Notes: generated from the sequence alone by a model not told the origin. A stretch of 64,000 nucleotides of DNA from Escherichia coli (GCF_044324785.1 NZ_CP172127.1); one strand, 5' to 3'; shown: positions 43,464 through 60,340, numbered from the stretch's first letter. Numbers and translations: made by a program.

Positions 43464-44462
43464 ATGAAAACGTTAGGTGAATTTATTGTCGAAAAGCAGC
43501 ACGAGTTTTCTCATGCTACCGGTGAGCTCACTGCTTTGCTGTCGGCAATAAAACTGGGCGCCAAGATTATCCATCGCGATATCAACAAAGCAGGACTGGT
43601 TGATATCCTGGGTGCCAGCGGTGCTGAGAACGTGCAGGGCGAGGTTCAGCAGAAACTCGACTTGTTCGCTAATGAAAAACTGAAAGCCGCACTGAAAGCA
43701 CGCGATATCGTTGCGGGCATTGCCTCTGAAGAAGAAGATGAGATTGTCGTCTTTGAAGGCTGTGAACACGCAAAATACGTGGTGCTGATGGACCCCCTGG
43801 ATGGCTCGTCCAACATCGATGTTAACGTCTCTGTCGGTACCATTTTCTCCATCTACCGCCGCGTTACGCCTGTCGGCACGCCGGTAACGGAAGAAGATTT
43901 CCTCCAGCCTGGTAACAAACAGGTTGCGGCAGGTTACGTGGTATACGGCTCCTCTACCATGCTGGTTTACACCACCGGATGCGGTGTTCACGCCTTTACT
44001 TACGATCCTTCGCTCGGCGTTTTCTGCCTGTGCCAGGAACGGATGCGCTTCCCGGAGAAAGGCAAAACCTACTCCATCAACGAAGGAAACTACATTAAGT
44101 TTCCGAACGGGGTGAAGAAGTACATTAAATTCTGCCAGGAAGAAGATAAGTCCACCAACCGCCCTTATACCTCACGTTATATCGGTTCACTGGTCGCGGA
44201 TTTCCACCGTAACCTGCTGAAAGGCGGTATTTATCTCTACCCAAGCACCGCCAGCCACCCGGACGGTAAACTGCGTTTACTGTATGAGTGCAACCCGATG
44301 GCATTCCTGGCGGAACAAGCGGGCGGTAAAGCGAGCGATGGCAAAGAGCGTATTCTGGATATCATCCCGGAAACCCTGCACCAGCGCCGTTCGTTCTTTG
44401 TCGGCAACGACCATATGGTTGAAGATGTCGAACGCTTTATCCGTGAGTTCCCGGACGCGTAA
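43464..44462 (+). CDS. fbp: Fructose-1,6-bisphosphatase class I
   Basis: ORF 43401..44462; start [12 protein letters not shown] (332 aa). Confidence 0.95.
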
Positions 44463-44470
44463 TCTCCTGC

Positions 44471-44497
44471 GCCTCTCCACACGGAGAGGCGTTTTTA
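44471..44497. terminator. Rho-independent terminator after fbp (overlaps yjfF stop)
   Basis: GCCTCTCC-ACAC-GGAGAGGC followed by GTTTTTAT. Confidence 0.75.
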
Positions 44498-45490
44498 TCG
44501 CTGCGCAATGTTGACTCTTGTCACAGGCGAACTCTGACGATTCTCCCACAGCACCGTTAATCCACGCTGTAATGCTATAAAAATAAACAACAAAATACCG
44601 ATGGCGATTTTCGTCCACCATGAGCTCAGCGTGCCATCAAAGTTTATGTAAGTCTGAATCAGTCCCTGAATCGCCACGCCAAAAAGCGTCCCTAATACCG
44701 TTCCAACGCCACCGCTCAAAAGCGTACCGCCAATCACCACTGAGGCGATAGCGTCCAGTTCCACACCTACGCCCGCCAGCGCATATCCGGCCTGGGTATA
44801 AATCGAGAAGACAATCCCCGCCAGCGTTGCCAGTCCGGTGGAAAGCATATAAATGCGAATAGTGGTGCTGCGAGTGGAAATCCCCATCAGGTTTGCCGAC
44901 GTTGCGTTGCCGCCAATGGCGTATACCTGATTACCAAAACGGGTACGATGCGCGAGGAATATGCCGATAACCACCACCGCCAGCATCAGCAGTCCCATCG
45001 CACTTAAGCGACCGCCGCCAGGGATTTTCCACGCAAGGCTTGAGAGCGTGTCATAAACAGGATGGTTTATCGGGATCGACTCTTCCGAAACGAGATAGCT
45101 GACGCCACGCAAAAAGAACATTCCTGCCAAAGTAATGATAAACGCCGGGATCTTCAGGGCGTCGATCAAAAGCCCCATAAATGCGCCGAAGGCACAGCCC
45201 ATCACCAGCACCAGTGGAAACGCCAGCAGCGGCGAGAGGCCGAAATCGCCAATCACTTTTGCCAGAAACACGCCGGTAAAGGCGATCACCGAACCGACGG
45301 AGAGATCGATCCCACCGGAGAGGATCACAAAGGTCATGCCAACGGCAATGATCCCAAGAAAAGCATTATCGGTCAGGATATTGCAGATCACTCTTGTGGA
45401 AGCAAAACCGGGAAACTGCGTCAGACAGTAGAGATAACCCAGCACAAAGACGCCGATGGTGATCATAAGCGGCAGGTTACGTTTTATCAC
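44495..45490 (-). CDS. yjfF: Galactofuranose ABC transporter permease
   Basis: 331 aa polytopic. Confidence 0.9.
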   Translation of the reverse strand: MIKRNLPLMITIGVFVLGYLYCLTQFPGFASTRVICNILTDNAFLGIIAVGMTFVILSGGIDLSVGSVIAFTGVFLAKVIGDFGLSPLLAFPLVLVMGCAFGAFMGLLIDALKIPAFIITLAGMFFLRGVSYLVSEESIPINHPVYDTLSSLAWKIPGGGRLSAMGLLMLAVVVIGIFLAHRTRFGNQVYAIGGNATSANLMGISTRSTTIRIYMLSTGLATLAGIVFSIYTQAGYALAGVGVELDAIASVVIGGTLLSGGVGTVLGTLFGVAIQGLIQTYINFDGTLSSWWTKIAIGILLFIFIALQRGLTVLWENRQSSPVTRVNIAQR

Positions 45491-46499
45491 GGCTACGCAC
45501 TCCTTTAATCAGACTGATAAAGCGTTGCGACTGAACAATCAGCACGCAAAGCACCACTACCGCTTTCACCACCTGGTTCATCTCTGGCGGAAAGCCCGAA
45601 AGCAAAATTCCGGTGTTCATCCCCTGAATAATCAGCGCCCCTACCACTGAGAGCAGCAGGTTAAAACGCCCGCCCATCAGCGATCCGCCGCCAATCACCA
45701 CCGCAAGAATGGCGTCCAGCTCCAGCCATAATCCGGCGTTGTTGGCATCGGCACCGCGAATATCCGCCGCCACGATAATGCCCGCAATCGCCGCACACAG
45801 CCCGCTCAACACATAAGTGAGCATGACGATGATTCGTGTGTTGACTCCGGCATTTTTGGCCGCCCGAATGTTGATACCAACGGCTTCGATAAACATCCCC
45901 AGTGCCGTTTTGCGGGTCAACAGCCAGAAGAGGAGAAGCGTCAGTACCGCAATAATGACTGGTGTTGGCAAGAACACCAGCGATCCGCTGCCAAACCATG
46001 AAAGATCCGGCGAGTTAAACGTGACGATCTGTCCGGAGGTGATCAGTTGCGCCACGCCGCGCCCGGCGACCATCAGGATCAGGGTGGCAACAAACGGCTG
46101 AATTTTGAGGATCGCTACCAGTATGCCGTTCCACAATCCCGCCAGGATGCCAGTGCCCAGGGCACTTAACAAAACAATTGGCAGGCTGAATCCCGCGACC
46201 GTCATCGCAGCCGTTGTGGCTCCGGCGATAGCCATCACCGCCCCCACGGAGAGATCAATCCCACCTGTTGCGATCACCAGCGTCATTCCGATAGCCAACA
46301 GCGCAACGGGGGCCGCACGGTTAAGAATGTCGATAGGGCTACCGAACAAACGCCCATCCTGAAGCACCACCTGCCAGAAATGCGGGGCCACCAGACTGTC
46401 GACCAGCAGCACCAGCAATAGCGCTACCAGCTGCGGCATCCCCGTCGGCCAGCAAAAGCGCCTTTTTGGCGTAGTGGTGTCCGGAAGAGATTGAGGCAT
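45477..46499 (-). CDS. ytfT: Galactofuranose ABC transporter permease
   Basis: ORF 45477..46523; start at MPQSLPD (a GTG one codon upstream is also possible). Confidence 0.88.
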   Translation of the reverse strand: MPQSLPDTTTPKRRFCWPTGMPQLVALLLVLLVDSLVAPHFWQVVLQDGRLFGSPIDILNRAAPVALLAIGMTLVIATGGIDLSVGAVMAIAGATTAAMTVAGFSLPIVLLSALGTGILAGLWNGILVAILKIQPFVATLILMVAGRGVAQLITSGQIVTFNSPDLSWFGSGSLVFLPTPVIIAVLTLLLFWLLTRKTALGMFIEAVGINIRAAKNAGVNTRIIVMLTYVLSGLCAAIAGIIVAADIRGADANNAGLWLELDAILAVVIGGGSLMGGRFNLLLSVVGALIIQGMNTGILLSGFPPEMNQVVKAVVVLCVLIVQSQRFISLIKGVRSRDKT

Positions 46500-46512
46500 C
46501 ACACTGTTCTCC

Positions 46513-48015
46513 TTACGCCGCAATGGCGTTCATGATCGCCGGAACGGAAAGCTCTGCCAGCGGGATCTCCGCCACCTGTTTGCGATCGCGCATGATAATC
46601 ACCCGGTCGGCATAGCCCACCAGCTCTTCCAGTTCAGAGGAGATCACCAGCAGTGCCAGACCGTCAGCGCATAGCGTTTCAATCAGGCGGATGATCTCGG
46701 CATGCGCACCAACATCAATGCCGCGGGTTGGCTCATCAAGGATCAAAAATTGCGGTCGGGTCAGTAGCCAACGTGAAAGCAACACTTTTTGCTGATTGCC
46801 GCCGGAGAGAAATTCAATCGGTTGTTCAGTTGAAGGTGTGCGAATGCCAAGCTGGCGGATAAAGCGTTCGGCAATCTCTTGCTGTTCTTTGCGGGAAATC
46901 GGTCGTAACCAGCCGCGCTGGGCCTGGAGAGCGAGGATGATATTTTCCCGCACCGAGGCGGCGGCGATGATGCCATCGGTTTTCCTGTCTTCCGGGCAGA
47001 AGCCGATACCCAGTACCGAAGCCTGATGTGGCGATCGCAGGGTTTGCTGTTTGCCTTTGATCAACGCCGTGCCGCTGTCAGCAGGTTTGATACCGAAGAT
47101 CACTTCGGCGGTTTCGGTACGTCCTGATCCCAGCAAGCCTGCCAAGCCAACGATCTCGCCGGGGCGTACTTCGAGATCAAACGGTGCGATCGTTCCTTTT
47201 TTACCGTAATTTTTGAACGCGGCAACGGGTTTGTCGCTCAGCAATGTTCGTCCGGCACGCTGTAGCGCGTGGGTGTCCAGCTCGCGCCCCAGCATCATTT
47301 TTACCAGTTCGATCTGCGGTAGCTCGCGGGTTTCCCGACAGCCTACGAAACTGCCGTTGCGTAAGACGGTGATCCGATCGCTGACCTGATAGACCTGATC
47401 GAGAAAGTGAGTGACAAAGATCAGGCTGACGCCGCGATCGCGCAACTGGCGCATCAAGCCAAACAGCAACTCTACTTCCTGAGTGTCGAGGCTGGCGGTG
47501 GGTTCATCGAGGATCAGCACTTTGGCGGAGAGATCGATGGCCCGACAAATGGCGACGATTTGCTGCATCGCCACCGATAAACGGTTGAGCGGTTCCCGCA
47601 CGTCGAGGGAGAAACCATACGATGCCATCAGTTCGGTGGCGCGCTTTTCCATCTCTTTGCGGCGTAGAAGGCCGAAACGTTTGGGTTCGCGACCTATGAA
47701 TAGATTATCAGCGACCGACATATTGGGTAGCAGGTTGACTTCCTGATAGACGGTGCCGATGCCGAGTTGTTGTGCGTGGGCGGTATTTTTCGGTGAGATA
47801 GTCTGGCCTTCCAGCCAGATGGTGCCGCGATCGGCGTGGTAGACACCGGTTAATGCTTTGATTAGCGTTGATTTTCCCGCCCCGTTTTCACCGAGCAGCG
47901 CCATGATTTCACCACGGCGCAGGCTGAAATCAACGTTGTCTAACGCTTTGACACCGGGGAAAAATTTACTTAATCCTTCGGTGCGGAGGATTTCCTGGTG
48001 TTGGTTAGTATTCAT
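46513..48015 (-). CDS. ytfR: Galactofuranose ABC transporter ATP-binding protein (duplicated ABC domains)
   Basis: ORF 46513..48066; start MNTNQHQEILRTEG (500 aa); two Walker A/signature sets. Confidence 0.92.
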   Translation of the reverse strand: MNTNQHQEILRTEGLSKFFPGVKALDNVDFSLRRGEIMALLGENGAGKSTLIKALTGVYHADRGTIWLEGQTISPKNTAHAQQLGIGTVYQEVNLLPNMSVADNLFIGREPKRFGLLRRKEMEKRATELMASYGFSLDVREPLNRLSVAMQQIVAICRAIDLSAKVLILDEPTASLDTQEVELLFGLMRQLRDRGVSLIFVTHFLDQVYQVSDRITVLRNGSFVGCRETRELPQIELVKMMLGRELDTHALQRAGRTLLSDKPVAAFKNYGKKGTIAPFDLEVRPGEIVGLAGLLGSGRTETAEVIFGIKPADSGTALIKGKQQTLRSPHQASVLGIGFCPEDRKTDGIIAAASVRENIILALQAQRGWLRPISRKEQQEIAERFIRQLGIRTPSTEQPIEFLSGGNQQKVLLSRWLLTRPQFLILDEPTRGIDVGAHAEIIRLIETLCADGLALLVISSELEELVGYADRVIIMRDRKQVAEIPLAELSVPAIMNAIAA

Positions 48016-48039
48016 AGTTTCCCCCGTTGTAAAGCGTGC

Positions 48040-48140
48040 GCCAGATAAGACACAACAGCGTCGCATCAGGCATCTCGCACAACCGCCGGATGCGGCGTGA
48101 ATGCCTTATCCGGCGGCCCACAAGTCGGCATCAGGCATTG
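48040..48140. repeat. REP/BIME pair between ytfR and ytfQ
   Basis: GATAAGACACAACAGCGTCGCATCAGGC and CGCCGGATGCGGCGTGAATGCCTTATCCGGCGG. Confidence 0.8.
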
Positions 48141-48147
48141 ATGCCCC

Positions 48148-49104
48148 TCAATACCCCATGTTTTTCTTCTTCTCTAACTCTTCTTTTGCGGTATCAGGCA
48201 GGTAAAGGGTGGATTTGGTCAGGGTCAGCTTTTCAGGCATGGTGCCGTCTTTTTTGTATTTCTCCAGCGCGTCAAAAGCGGGTCCCGCCATGTTCGGCGT
48301 CAGTTCAACGCTGGCGTTCGCTTCGCCATCAATCATCGCTTTGTAGATGTCCGGCACGCCGTCGATAGAGCCTGTCAGGATATCTTTGCCCGGTTTCAGG
48401 CCCGCTTCTTTAATTGCCTGAATTGCACCAATCACCATGTCATCGTTATGGGCGTAAACCATGCAGATGTTTTTGCCGTTGTTTTCCGCTTTGATAAAGC
48501 TCTCCATGACTTCTTTGCCTTTACTGCGGGTGAAGTCACCTGACTGCGAGCGGATAATTTTGATATTTGGCGCATTCTTTATGGCTTCGGCAAAGCCTTT
48601 CTTACGGTCAATGGCGACGCTGGCCCCAACGGTGCCCTGCAGCTCCACCACGTTGCATGGTTTGCCATTCACTTCTTTTACCAGCCAGTCACCAATCAAC
48701 TTGCCTTCGAGGATGTTGTCGGCAGTGACGGTGGTCATATAGAGAGACTTGTCTTTCACATCGATGGAACGATCGAGCAAGAAGACCGGGATTTCGGCAT
48801 CTTTCGCCTCTTTTAATACCGGCTCCCAACCGGTCGCTACCACTGGAGCGATAAAGATCGCATCCACCCCTTGCGCGACGAAGGAACGTACCGCTTTAAT
48901 CTGGTTTTCCTGCTTTTGCTGACCATCGGCAATTTTCAACGTAATTCCGCGCTTTTCGGCTTCACTTTTCGCCACATTGGTTTCTGCGGCGCGCCAGCCG
49001 GATTCCGATCCGACCTGCGAAAATCCAACGGTTAATGGAGCGGCCAACGCCATAGACGACATGGCTGCCGAGACTGCAGAGACTACAAGTAAGCGTTTCC
49101 ACAT
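48148..49104 (-). CDS. ytfQ: Galactofuranose-binding periplasmic protein
   Basis: 318 aa with signal peptide. Confidence 0.92.
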   Translation of the reverse strand: MWKRLLVVSAVSAAMSSMALAAPLTVGFSQVGSESGWRAAETNVAKSEAEKRGITLKIADGQQKQENQIKAVRSFVAQGVDAIFIAPVVATGWEPVLKEAKDAEIPVFLLDRSIDVKDKSLYMTTVTADNILEGKLIGDWLVKEVNGKPCNVVELQGTVGASVAIDRKKGFAEAIKNAPNIKIIRSQSGDFTRSKGKEVMESFIKAENNGKNICMVYAHNDDMVIGAIQAIKEAGLKPGKDILTGSIDGVPDIYKAMIDGEANASVELTPNMAGPAFDALEKYKKDGTMPEKLTLTKSTLYLPDTAKEELEKKKNMGY

Positions 49105-49413
49105 AGGGTTGTCCTCGTCGGGGTAATTATTATTGGTGAAAAGATGTTCGCGAAAAAACTATAGACAATTCGTTATGTAACGGATTGCGTTACATCACAC
49201 TTCAAAAAAGTAAATAAAACGTTAATCACAAGTTTGTAATCGCTTTCATCTCACTATGAAAAATGCGGCTACGGTTATGGATTTTCCTGCTCTTTAAACC
49301 ACCTTAAAACTGGCTAAAAAGGAAAATGAAGAAGAAAACAAGCGAAGACATTCGGCGCGAGTTGGCTATAATACTCGGCACTTGTTTGCCACATATTTTT
49401 AAAGGAAACAGAC

Positions 49414-49944
49414 ATGAGCTTACTCAACGTCCCTGCGGGTAAAGATCTGCCGGAAGACATCTACGTTGTTATTGAGATCCCGGCTAACGCAGATCCGATC
49501 AAATACGAAATCGACAAAGAGAGCGGCGCACTGTTCGTTGACCGCTTCATGTCCACCGCGATGTTCTATCCGTGCAACTACGGTTACATCAACCACACCC
49601 TGTCTCTGGACGGTGACCCGGTTGACGTACTGGTCCCGACTCCGTACCCGCTGCAGCCGGGTTCTGTGATCCGTTGCCGTCCTGTTGGCGTTCTGAAAAT
49701 GACCGATGAAGCCGGTGAAGATGCGAAACTGGTTGCGGTTCCGCACAGCAAGCTGAGCAAAGAATACGATCACATTAAAGACGTTAACGATCTGCCTGAA
49801 CTGCTGAAAGCACAGATCGCTCACTTCTTCGAGCACTACAAAGACCTCGAAAAAGGCAAGTGGGTGAAAGTTGAAGGCTGGGAAAACGCAGAAGCCGCTA
49901 AAGCTGAAATCGTTGCCTCCTTCGAGCGCGCAAAGAATAAATAA
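49414..49944 (+). CDS. ppa: Inorganic pyrophosphatase
   Basis: 176 aa. Confidence 0.97.
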   Translation: MSLLNVPAGKDLPEDIYVVIEIPANADPIKYEIDKESGALFVDRFMSTAMFYPCNYGYINHTLSLDGDPVDVLVPTPYPLQPGSVIRCRPVGVLKMTDEAGEDAKLVAVPHSKLSKEYDHIKDVNDLPELLKAQIAHFFEHYKDLEKGKWVKVEGWENAEAAKAEIVASFERAKNK

Positions 49945-50022
49945 GTTCTTCTAGCGTAATAACCCTGAACGCCGGGCTTCGGTTAGTAGGGGTTTTTTAT
50001 GCCCGCGATAAATAAACACACC

Positions 50023-50373
50023 TTATTCCACCACCGCCTGCAAACGTAATAACGCCTCTTCCACCACCTCACCCGCAGCCAGACCAATACGCTTTGCCAG
50101 CCGGGCGCGTAGATCCATCATCCGCACCTGATTCACCAGCACCACGCCGTGCACATCGCCTTCTTCGCAATGTAAAGGAACGCTAAATCCGGCATAACGG
50201 GCAAAATTTCCGCCCTGCGTAATGGGGGCCACCAGCGTCATTCCCAGTTGATTAAAGGCTTGAACGGAGAGCACAAGCGCAGGTCGACCAGCACCTTGCT
50301 GTTCATGGCCGCTTGCTGGATCAAAGCCAACCAGCACAATGTCTCCCCGTTCAAATTCACTTTTCTTTACCAT
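50023..50373 (-). CDS. chpB: Type II toxin ChpB (MazF-family endoribonuclease)
   Basis: 116 aa; MVKKSEFERGDIVLVGFDPASGHE... Confidence 0.92.
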   Translation of the reverse strand: MVKKSEFERGDIVLVGFDPASGHEQQGAGRPALVLSVQAFNQLGMTLVAPITQGGNFARYAGFSVPLHCEEGDVHGVVLVNQVRMMDLRARLAKRIGLAAGEVVEEALLRLQAVVE

Positions 50374-50618
50374 ATTTCGTCACCCGCAGGGGTGGATTTA
50401 CCCCAGACATCCTGCTCGCTAAGTTCCGTGGCGTTCATGTCACACTGTGCCAGCAGTTCATCAAGCGAGTAGCGCCTGGAGATGGGTGTCAGAATCAGTT
50501 GATTGTTGCTCACTTGCGCCTCCACGCTCTGCCCCGGCCGTAAGTTAAGTTCTTTCATCACAACATTAGGAATGACCATACCTGAACTGTTCCCCCATCT
50601 TTTTATGGTAATACGCAT
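50367..50618 (-). CDS. chpS: Antitoxin ChpS (MazE/AbrB-fold)
   Basis: ORF 50367..50624; start MRITIKRWGNSSGMVIP (83 aa); 7-nt overlap with chpB. Confidence 0.9.
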   Translation of the reverse strand: MRITIKRWGNSSGMVIPNVVMKELNLRPGQSVEAQVSNNQLILTPISRRYSLDELLAQCDMNATELSEQDVWGKSTPAGDEIW

Positions 50619-50829
50619 CTGCACCTCCTTAAGTTATACAAAGTATAACTCACGGTGCTACAGGAAACGTTTTACCCCTGCGCATTTGTGAACGCCAGCA
50701 GAGTTTTTTATGCGTTAACAGATATGGAAAGCGGCTCGGAGAGAAAAGCAAAAGGTGAGGGAATTACAAAACAGAATGCGAGTCGTCTCGCAAAAAACAA
50801 CGCCACCCGAAGGTGGCGTATGCGTATGG

Positions 50830-51171
50830 TTACTTATCCCTGTCTAACCAGTCGCCGCTTTCAATTAGCTTTAATCCATCGACGGGTCGTTGATAAACGT
50901 ACATCCATGCACTCCCGTACGGCGTCTGAATCAACTGGCGCGCGTATTCACCGCCCCTGGTGCGCAAGGCATCAAGTTCGGCCAGCGTGGCGTTGTCAAT
51001 ACGATAAACTTCACCGTGTACTGTTCCGTTCCCCGGAACTGCGCCTGGATAGTGGCCCAGGCTATACAACTGGTAGTTATCGATACTGAAATCGCCCAGT
51101 AACTGGGCATTGGTCATCCAGTGACTGTTGCCTTGTTTGTGGCGTAAACTGCCGTAGACAAATATTCGCAT
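50830..51171 (-). CDS. ytfP: Gamma-glutamylcyclotransferase-family protein
   Basis: 113 aa. Confidence 0.88.
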   Translation of the reverse strand: MRIFVYGSLRHKQGNSHWMTNAQLLGDFSIDNYQLYSLGHYPGAVPGNGTVHGEVYRIDNATLAELDALRTRGGEYARQLIQTPYGSAWMYVYQRPVDGLKLIESGDWLDRDK

Positions 51172-51173
51172 TG

Positions 51174-56725
<5,552 letters not shown>

Positions 56726-56888
56726 TTAAACGGCTTAACAAAAATCCAGTAATATGGATTAAAAAGCAGACTAAACCCCAAATATTTCTTATGTTTTACT
56801 TTAGACCTATTCACGGCGGTTATTGTGTGCAAATACGCCTCTTGTTACAACCTTAACCCCAATGACCGATTTTCGGGAGAGCGATACC

Positions 56889-57527
56889 ATGAGTTTATTT
56901 GATAAAAAGCATCTGGTTTCCCCCGCCGATGCCCTGCCTGGACGTAACACCCCGATGCCCGTAGCCACACTGCATGCGGTCAACGGTCACTCAATGACCA
57001 ATGTACCTGACGGAATGGAGATTGCCATTTTTGCGATGGGTTGTTTCTGGGGTGTGGAGCGTCTGTTCTGGCAGTTACCCGGCGTTTACAGCACCGCCGC
57101 AGGCTATACCGGCGGCTATACGCCAAATCCGACTTATCGGGAAGTGTGTTCCGGTGATACTGGTCATGCCGAAGCGGTACGCATTGTTTACGATCCTTCC
57201 GTCATCAGCTATGAGCAGTTGCTACAGGTATTTTGGGAGAATCACGATCCCGCCCAGGGAATGCGTCAGGGCAATGACCACGGCACGCAGTATCGTTCAG
57301 CGATTTATCCGCTGACCCCAGAACAGGATGCCGCAGCTCGCGCCAGTCTGGAACGTTTTCAGGCGGCGATGCTTGCCGCCGATGACGATCGTCGCATCAC
57401 CACGGAAATCGCGAACGCCACACCGTTTTATTATGCCGAAGATGACCACCAGCAATATCTGCATAAAAACCCGTATGGTTACTGTGGAATTGGCGGAATT
57501 GGCGTCTGTCTGCCGCCGGAAGCATAG
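56889..57527 (+). CDS. msrA: Peptide methionine sulfoxide reductase A
   Basis: ORF 56823..57527; start [10 protein letters not shown] (212 aa); active-site GCFWG. Confidence 0.95.
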   Translation: MSLFDKKHLVSPADALPGRNTPMPVATLHAVNGHSMTNVPDGMEIAIFAMGCFWGVERLFWQLPGVYSTAAGYTGGYTPNPTYREVCSGDTGHAEAVRIVYDPSVISYEQLLQVFWENHDPAQGMRQGNDHGTQYRSAIYPLTPEQDAAARASLERFQAAMLAADDDRRITTEIANATPFYYAEDDHQQYLHKNPYGYCGIGGIGVCLPPEA

Positions 57528-57572
57528 CGTTACGGGTACAAATGTAGATTGTTGATAAAGTGCGTTTTGTTT

Positions 57573-57673
57573 ATGCCGGATGCGACGTAAACGCCTTGCC
57601 AGGCCTACAAAACCCTCCAAATTCAATATATTGCAGGGACTTCGTAGGCCTGATCGGCATAGCGCATCAGGCA
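57573..57673. repeat. REP/BIME pair after msrA
   Basis: TGCCGGATGCGACGTAAACGCCTTGCCAGGCCTACA and GTAGGCCTGATCGGCATAGCGCATCAGGCA. Confidence 0.8.
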
Positions 57674-57849
57674 GTTTTTCATTTATCAACAGTCTGAATT
57701 TTAACCCTCTGGCGGCTTTACAGTACCTTACGCTATACTAGCCACTGAAAATGCCGGTTCACTTTCTTCGAATCGGCTTTCAATGTGTATTTCACACAAA
57801 TTAATCAACTTCCCCTTCCGAGGATCTGGCCTGAAAGGTCGGATAAGAT

Positions 57850-59193
57850 ATGTTAAACAGTATTTTAGTCATACTCTGCTTGATCGCTGTAAGTGCGTTC
57901 TTCTCGATGTCCGAGATCTCGCTTGCCGCTTCACGCAAAATCAAACTTAAACTGCTGGCTGATGAAGGCAATATAAATGCCCAACGCGTTCTGAATATGC
58001 AGGAAAATCCCGGCATGTTCTTTACCGTGGTCCAAATCGGTCTGAACGCAGTGGCGATTCTCGGCGGTATCGTCGGTGATGCGGCATTTTCTCCAGCTTT
58101 TCACAGCCTGTTCTCCCGCTATATGTCGGCAGAACTCTCTGAGCAACTGAGCTTTATTCTCTCTTTCTCGTTAGTGACTGGCATGTTTATCCTGTTTGCG
58201 GATTTAACCCCGAAACGCATCGGTATGATTGCGCCAGAAGCTGTGGCTTTGCGTATCATCAACCCGATGCGCTTCTGCCTGTACGTTTGCACCCCGCTGG
58301 TGTGGTTCTTCAACGGACTGGCGAACATGATCTTCCGTATTTTCAAACTGCCAATGGTACGTAAAGATGACATCACTTCTGATGACATCTACGCGGTAGT
58401 GGAAGCCGGTGCGCTGGCGGGCGTGTTACGTAAACAGGAACACGAGCTGATTGAAAACGTCTTTGAGCTGGAATCCCGTACCGTTCCGTCGTCAATGACA
58501 CCGCGTGAAAACGTGATTTGGTTTGATCTCCACGAAGATGAGCAAAGTCTGAAGAATAAGGTGGCGGAACATCCACACTCTAAGTTCCTCGTCTGTAATG
58601 AAGATATTGACCACATCATCGGCTATGTCGATTCTAAAGACCTGCTGAACCGCGTGCTGGCTAACCAAAGCCTGGCACTGAACAGCGGCGTACAAATTCG
58701 CAACACGCTGATTGTGCCGGATACGTTAACCCTTTCAGAGGCGTTGGAAAGTTTTAAAACCGCAGGTGAAGACTTCGCGGTGATCATGAACGAGTACGCG
58801 CTGGTAGTGGGGATCATCACCCTCAACGACGTGATGACCACGCTGATGGGCGATCTGGTCGGTCAGGGGCTGGAAGAGCAGATTGTCGCCCGTGATGAGA
58901 ACTCATGGCTGATTGACGGCGGCACTCCGATTGACGACGTCATGCGCGTGCTGGATATTGACGAGTTCCCGCAGTCGGGCAACTACGAAACCATTGGCGG
59001 CTTTATGATGTTTATGCTGCGTAAGATTCCGAAACGCACCGATTCGGTGAAATTCGCCGGCTACAAATTTGAAGTGGTGGATATCGATAACTACCGCATC
59101 GACCAGCTGCTGGTGACCCGAATCGACAGCAAGGCCACCGCCCTTTCGCCAAAATTGCCTGATGCTAAAGATAAAGAAGAAAGCGTCGCGTAA
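57850..59193 (+). CDS. ytfL: CNNM/HlyC-CorC-family membrane protein (DUF21-CBS-CorC)
   Basis: 447 aa. Confidence 0.9.
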   Translation: MLNSILVILCLIAVSAFFSMSEISLAASRKIKLKLLADEGNINAQRVLNMQENPGMFFTVVQIGLNAVAILGGIVGDAAFSPAFHSLFSRYMSAELSEQLSFILSFSLVTGMFILFADLTPKRIGMIAPEAVALRIINPMRFCLYVCTPLVWFFNGLANMIFRIFKLPMVRKDDITSDDIYAVVEAGALAGVLRKQEHELIENVFELESRTVPSSMTPRENVIWFDLHEDEQSLKNKVAEHPHSKFLVCNEDIDHIIGYVDSKDLLNRVLANQSLALNSGVQIRNTLIVPDTLTLSEALESFKTAGEDFAVIMNEYALVVGIITLNDVMTTLMGDLVGQGLEEQIVARDENSWLIDGGTPIDDVMRVLDIDEFPQSGNYETIGGFMMFMLRKIPKRTDSVKFAGYKFEVVDIDNYRIDQLLVTRIDSKATALSPKLPDAKDKEESVA

Positions 59194-59210
59194 CCCCCAG
59201 AAACATCAAC

Positions 59211-59229
59211 GGCTCCTGAATCAGGAGCC
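59211..59229. terminator. Bidirectional terminator hairpin between ytfL and ytfK
   Basis: GGCTCCTG-AAT-CAGGAGCC. Confidence 0.6.
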
Positions 59230-59254
59230 GTCTTATTACTGCATAGCACTTTGG

Positions 59255-59461
59255 TTAAGCCATCTCTGTTTGCAGACGCATAACCTGACGGTTAACTTCG
59301 GACATCACTGACAAATGCAGCTTATCCTTCACTTTTGGGATAAGAATCTTACCCTTATCAAATTCAAAAGCGCCAACGTCCTTGATGTATAACCGTCCAC
59401 GGAACAGGATCTTTACGTACTTCGCCACCTGAAGTGGGTTGTACCGTTGGAAAATTTTCAT
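59255..59461 (-). CDS. ytfK: Small DUF1107 protein
   Basis: ORF 59255..59527; start [11 protein letters not shown] (68 aa) with GGAGATAA RBS. Confidence 0.85.
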
Positions 59462-59785
59462 TGTTATCTCCTGCTGAGTATTACGCCTGTGCGGTGCCAC
59501 AATCGGCCCAACTATTATGAGGCGCAAATTTTAATGCTTAGTGACTATAGACTATCCGGGCAATGTTTCCACCGCGTATAACTTTTTTTACCTAAAGGTT
59601 ACAATTATTCAGAATTATCTTTTTACCGAAGCGCGGTCTTCAGTATAAGCATTCATTTTTCATATGATTTGTGCGCTTGACCGCAAACTGGCATCACACT
59701 TGCGGGAAATTCGATAAATAGCACATATGATTAAAACTCAGACCCAAGTGGTCGGATCACCTGCATATCATAAGAAGGAAACACC

Positions 59786-60340
59786 ATGACCCTACGCAAG
59801 ATTCTGGCACTCACCTGCCTGCTGTTGCCGATGATGGCTTCCGCACATCAGTTCGAAACCGGTCAGCGAGTGCCGCCGATTGGCATTACCGATCGTGGCG
59901 AGTTGGTGCTTGATAAAGATCAGTTTAGCTACAAAACCTGGAACAGCGCGCAGTTAGTGGGAAAAGTGCGAGTACTGCAACATATTGCTGGTCGCACCTC
60001 TGCAAAAGAGAAAAATGCGACGCTGATTGAAGCGATTAAATCAGCAAAGTTACCGCACGATCGTTACCAGACCACCACCATTGTTAACACCGACGACGCA
60101 ATTCCGGGTTCCGGCATGTTTGTGCGCAGCAGTCTGGAGAGTAATAAAAAGCTTTATCCCTGGTCGCAGTTTATTGTCGATAGCAATGGCGTCGCGCGCG
60201 GTGCCTGGCAGCTGGATGAAGAAAGTTCCGCTGTAGTGGTGCTGGATAAAGACGGTCGCGTGCAATGGGCCAAAGACGGGGCGCTCACACCGGAAGAGGT
60301 GCAGCAAGTGATGGACCTGCTGCAAAAGTTGCTCAAATAA
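59786..60340 (+). CDS. ytfJ: Periplasmic protein YtfJ (DUF1131)
   Basis: 184 aa with signal peptide. Confidence 0.88.
   Translation: MTLRKILALTCLLLPMMASAHQFETGQRVPPIGITDRGELVLDKDQFSYKTWNSAQLVGKVRVLQHIAGRTSAKEKNATLIEAIKSAKLPHDRYQTTTIVNTDDAIPGSGMFVRSSLESNKKLYPWSQFIVDSNGVARGAWQLDEESSAVVVLDKDGRVQWAKDGALTPEEVQQVMDLLQKLLK

Noticed and set aside
49958-49996. Putative ppa terminator hairpin
   Set aside because: A T-tract (GGGGTTTTTTAT) is present but I could not define a convincing stem by eye, so it is not listed as a feature.
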